Positions 47,801-48,506 of a stretch of 48,506 nt of DNA are shown here, piece by piece (positions within the stretch are counted from its first letter, which is position 1; every line of letters starts with the position of its first letter). The translations under genes were made by a program, and so were the position numbers. Source of the stretch: Patescibacteria group bacterium (GTDB taxonomy: Bacteria; Patescibacteriota; Patescibacteriia; Patescibacteriales; CAYMCJ01); assembly GCA_043815345.1 (NCBI GenBank), contig JBDRJA010000131.1, positions 1 to 48,506 of the forward strand, read 5' to 3'. The notes under the pieces were generated by a model. That model worked only from the letters and a program-made list of their open reading frames with translations, did not search any database and had not been told where the DNA came from.

Positions 47801-48299
47801 ATACTCCATAATCTGAGACGCTGCACTCCCCAACTCCATAACATCTCATTTTAATCCAACCCTCGGGATTAGCGCCGGTACAAGCGCTCGGATAATCATC
47901 CGCCATAGAACAAATACGGGCCCAGCCAGAAACTTCTCTAGACGCTAAATCTATCTTAGCTGAATAAATTGGGCTATAGCCCGCTGGAGGGGTATCAGAT
48001 GCGTTGAACCAAATATAACCAACCGCGTCTGACCAGGCATAACCTGTAAAATTACCATCTGGCTCAATATTAACTCCGTAATCATTAGCCGCGCAAGAAT
48101 CTGTATTAGTGCAATTAAAACTTATCCAACCAATATTATCATTCCATGCCCAGCCCTGGACATTATCTCCAGCTCCGGCTCGAGTGATTTTAGTAGTAAG
48201 GCTAAGATCATAAAAAAACAAAACAGCACTAAAAATTATAGCGGCCATAGTTATGCCTGCTAATATTATCCATGTTTTCTTTCTAAAAAAATCTTTCAT
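44862..48299 (-). CDS. Large secreted/anchored surface protein: two Trp-rich GWAWxxxxGWIxF repeat modules flanking two LamG/ConA-like lectin domains, C-terminal FN3/PKD-like region. Candidate pilus-associated adhesin.
   Basis: 1145 aa with an N-terminal signal anchor (WIILAGITMAAIIFSAVLFF). LamG_3-type strings FDGVDGYVAIP...VDDVKIYNY and FDGENSYVDFG...IDEVEIYNY. Eight W-rich repeats. Confidence 0.8.
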   Translation of the reverse strand: MKDFFRKKTWIILAGITMAAIIFSAVLFFYDLSLTTKITRAGAGDNVQGWAWNDNIGWISFNCTNTDSCAANDYGVNIEPDGNFTGYAWSDAVGYIWFNASDTPPAGYSPIYSAKIDLASREVSGWARICSMADDYPSACTGANPEGWIKMRCYGVGECSVSDYGVYLEQDNYFRGWAWNEEIGWISFSSRNCDTNGNGVIDPIEAEIIGCPSEGTPIESYGVDSQEFEATSGYWKFDGDYTDSSFNNNTGIPSGGVDIIEDEIMGQVASFDGVDGYVAIPGFSGLTTRTVSFWFRPGSGVWQGNNDNVIFGDGSDWQGFDVVNDGDGTASLRYHNSNGNNPEGLKITGLLVNKWHFATFVQTATEWKLYSNGVYVGSNASIFTLDSPVTIGSRTDFTYPFHGLVDDVKIYNYVLDDEEIRADFDSKPRLVGKWKFNEGAGILTDDEVNNNDGALINGPTWKYEIDCVSDDCLEFDGENSYVDFGSFSGNIISDPTDKSISWGTWVNPNDHTDNGYIISSGAQTSSRGIYMLIMPDEKIQCGIKELSSQANVISGKIFTDKFTYVMCTFDQDTGKISVYINGVLNNSAYESSASFTDDYTDLTVGTPNNAKGTQGVFSGFIDEVEIYNYAFLPDEVEDSYDSGLGEMASSGNVTNWAWSENFGWFSFSQEDCGKDEYKLCRDTSTKRAINYSCAGAGSDCTSNGGECVYWCLVCEYDSSIICDDTSDCSAVGGSCVDNNYNVDIDITTGFFSGYAWSSNVGWIDFAPDPPYPSDPQQIVKYEYGETDYNKRSVTGWAKILTLGDEGWLKMSDDSVGIWNGKGVKIDITTSDFSGWAWNGADVDSDNIADIGVGWMSFNCADDEVGGCAGHDYKVVGNVNTAPEVTGDAMANPGNCDYACACGILGALNPQLLWTFYDPDEPEDPYQPQTAYQIFFDSADHLIEDLDAINDGSGNLLPLKTPKLDGLATSFYPSNNIYRNVALEYNQGYYWWVKVWDKYNMSSEWVQFYDPDDLDNDGNSKTFTTYLHEFPDVEFTWVPKSISLEEEVKFIATTNTYFAEDPTAPVACSDENNDSNCIWAWSYNPPENIEIIDGTFASSTMIVKFKAEENKEAILRVTDEDSYYCENTYMLEARLRLPRWKEIKAE

Positions 48300-48418
48300 A
48301 TTTTACCCCAAGTACATTTATAGTGATCTTGGCGACAAGCCTTATGAACTAATATAAATTATTAGAAAATAAGGTTTAATAGACAAAATTGGTTGGTGAA
48401 AACTTTGTTTTCGTTGTA

Positions 48419-48473
48419 ATATTAGTCATACATTTATAACAAATTTAAATCTATTTGAATTTATGACTAATAT
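48419..48473. repeat. 12-bp inverted repeat upstream of the large surface protein gene
   Basis: ATATTAGTCATA (48419-48430) is the reverse complement of TATGACTAATAT (48462-48473), with a 31-nt spacer. Lies 120-175 nt upstream of the ATG at 48299. Confidence 0.5.
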
Positions 48474-48506
48474 CTCAAAAAAAACATTGTGTAAATTGTA
48501 GCGGTA

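Overview
Visibly AT-rich window with very high coding density. About 45 genes, all but one on the minus strand, with many 4-38 nt start/stop overlaps. Gene content and style (paralogous radical SAM, methyltransferase and glycosyltransferase genes, pilin genes, a giant surface protein, a GxxExxY gene, standard genetic code with TGA used as a stop) suggest a small-genome, Patescibacteria/CPR-like bacterium. That taxonomic guess is inference only. There are four blocks. (1) 12-34,979: a ~35 kb surface-glycan or glycolipid locus. It starts (in window coordinates) with an acetamidino-sugar/nonulosonate module: CMP-sugar synthetase, WbpG/PseA-like amidotransferase and dedicated HisH/HisF paralogues. 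The rest holds five B12-binding radical SAM paralogues, one SPASM radical SAM, seven SAM methyltransferases, GT2/GT4 glycosyltransferases, two ArnT/PMT-like GT-C enzymes, two more large polytopic membrane proteins, an MsbA/PglK-like ABC exporter, and an AsnB-like amidotransferase split by a frameshift in an A10 tract. (2) 35,183-36,590: a Shedu-like (DUF4263) PD-(D/E)XK nuclease gene next to tRNA-Ser(GGA). (3) 36,732-41,871: housekeeping genes maf, gatA, gatC and ligA, interrupted by a GxxExxY PD-(D/E)XK gene bracketed by a dispersed 38-bp repeat. GC-rich palindromic patches appear to sit in frame inside maf and gatA. (4) 42,034-48,299: four pilin-like genes downstream of a 1145-aa secreted protein with two LamG-type domains flanked by two Trp-rich repeat modules, a candidate pilus-associated adhesin. 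No rRNA, CRISPR array, integrase or transposase was seen. The best candidates for something undescribed are the multi-radical-SAM glycan locus and the pilin/adhesin operon. All functional calls come from motif recognition by eye and need HMM or structure confirmation.
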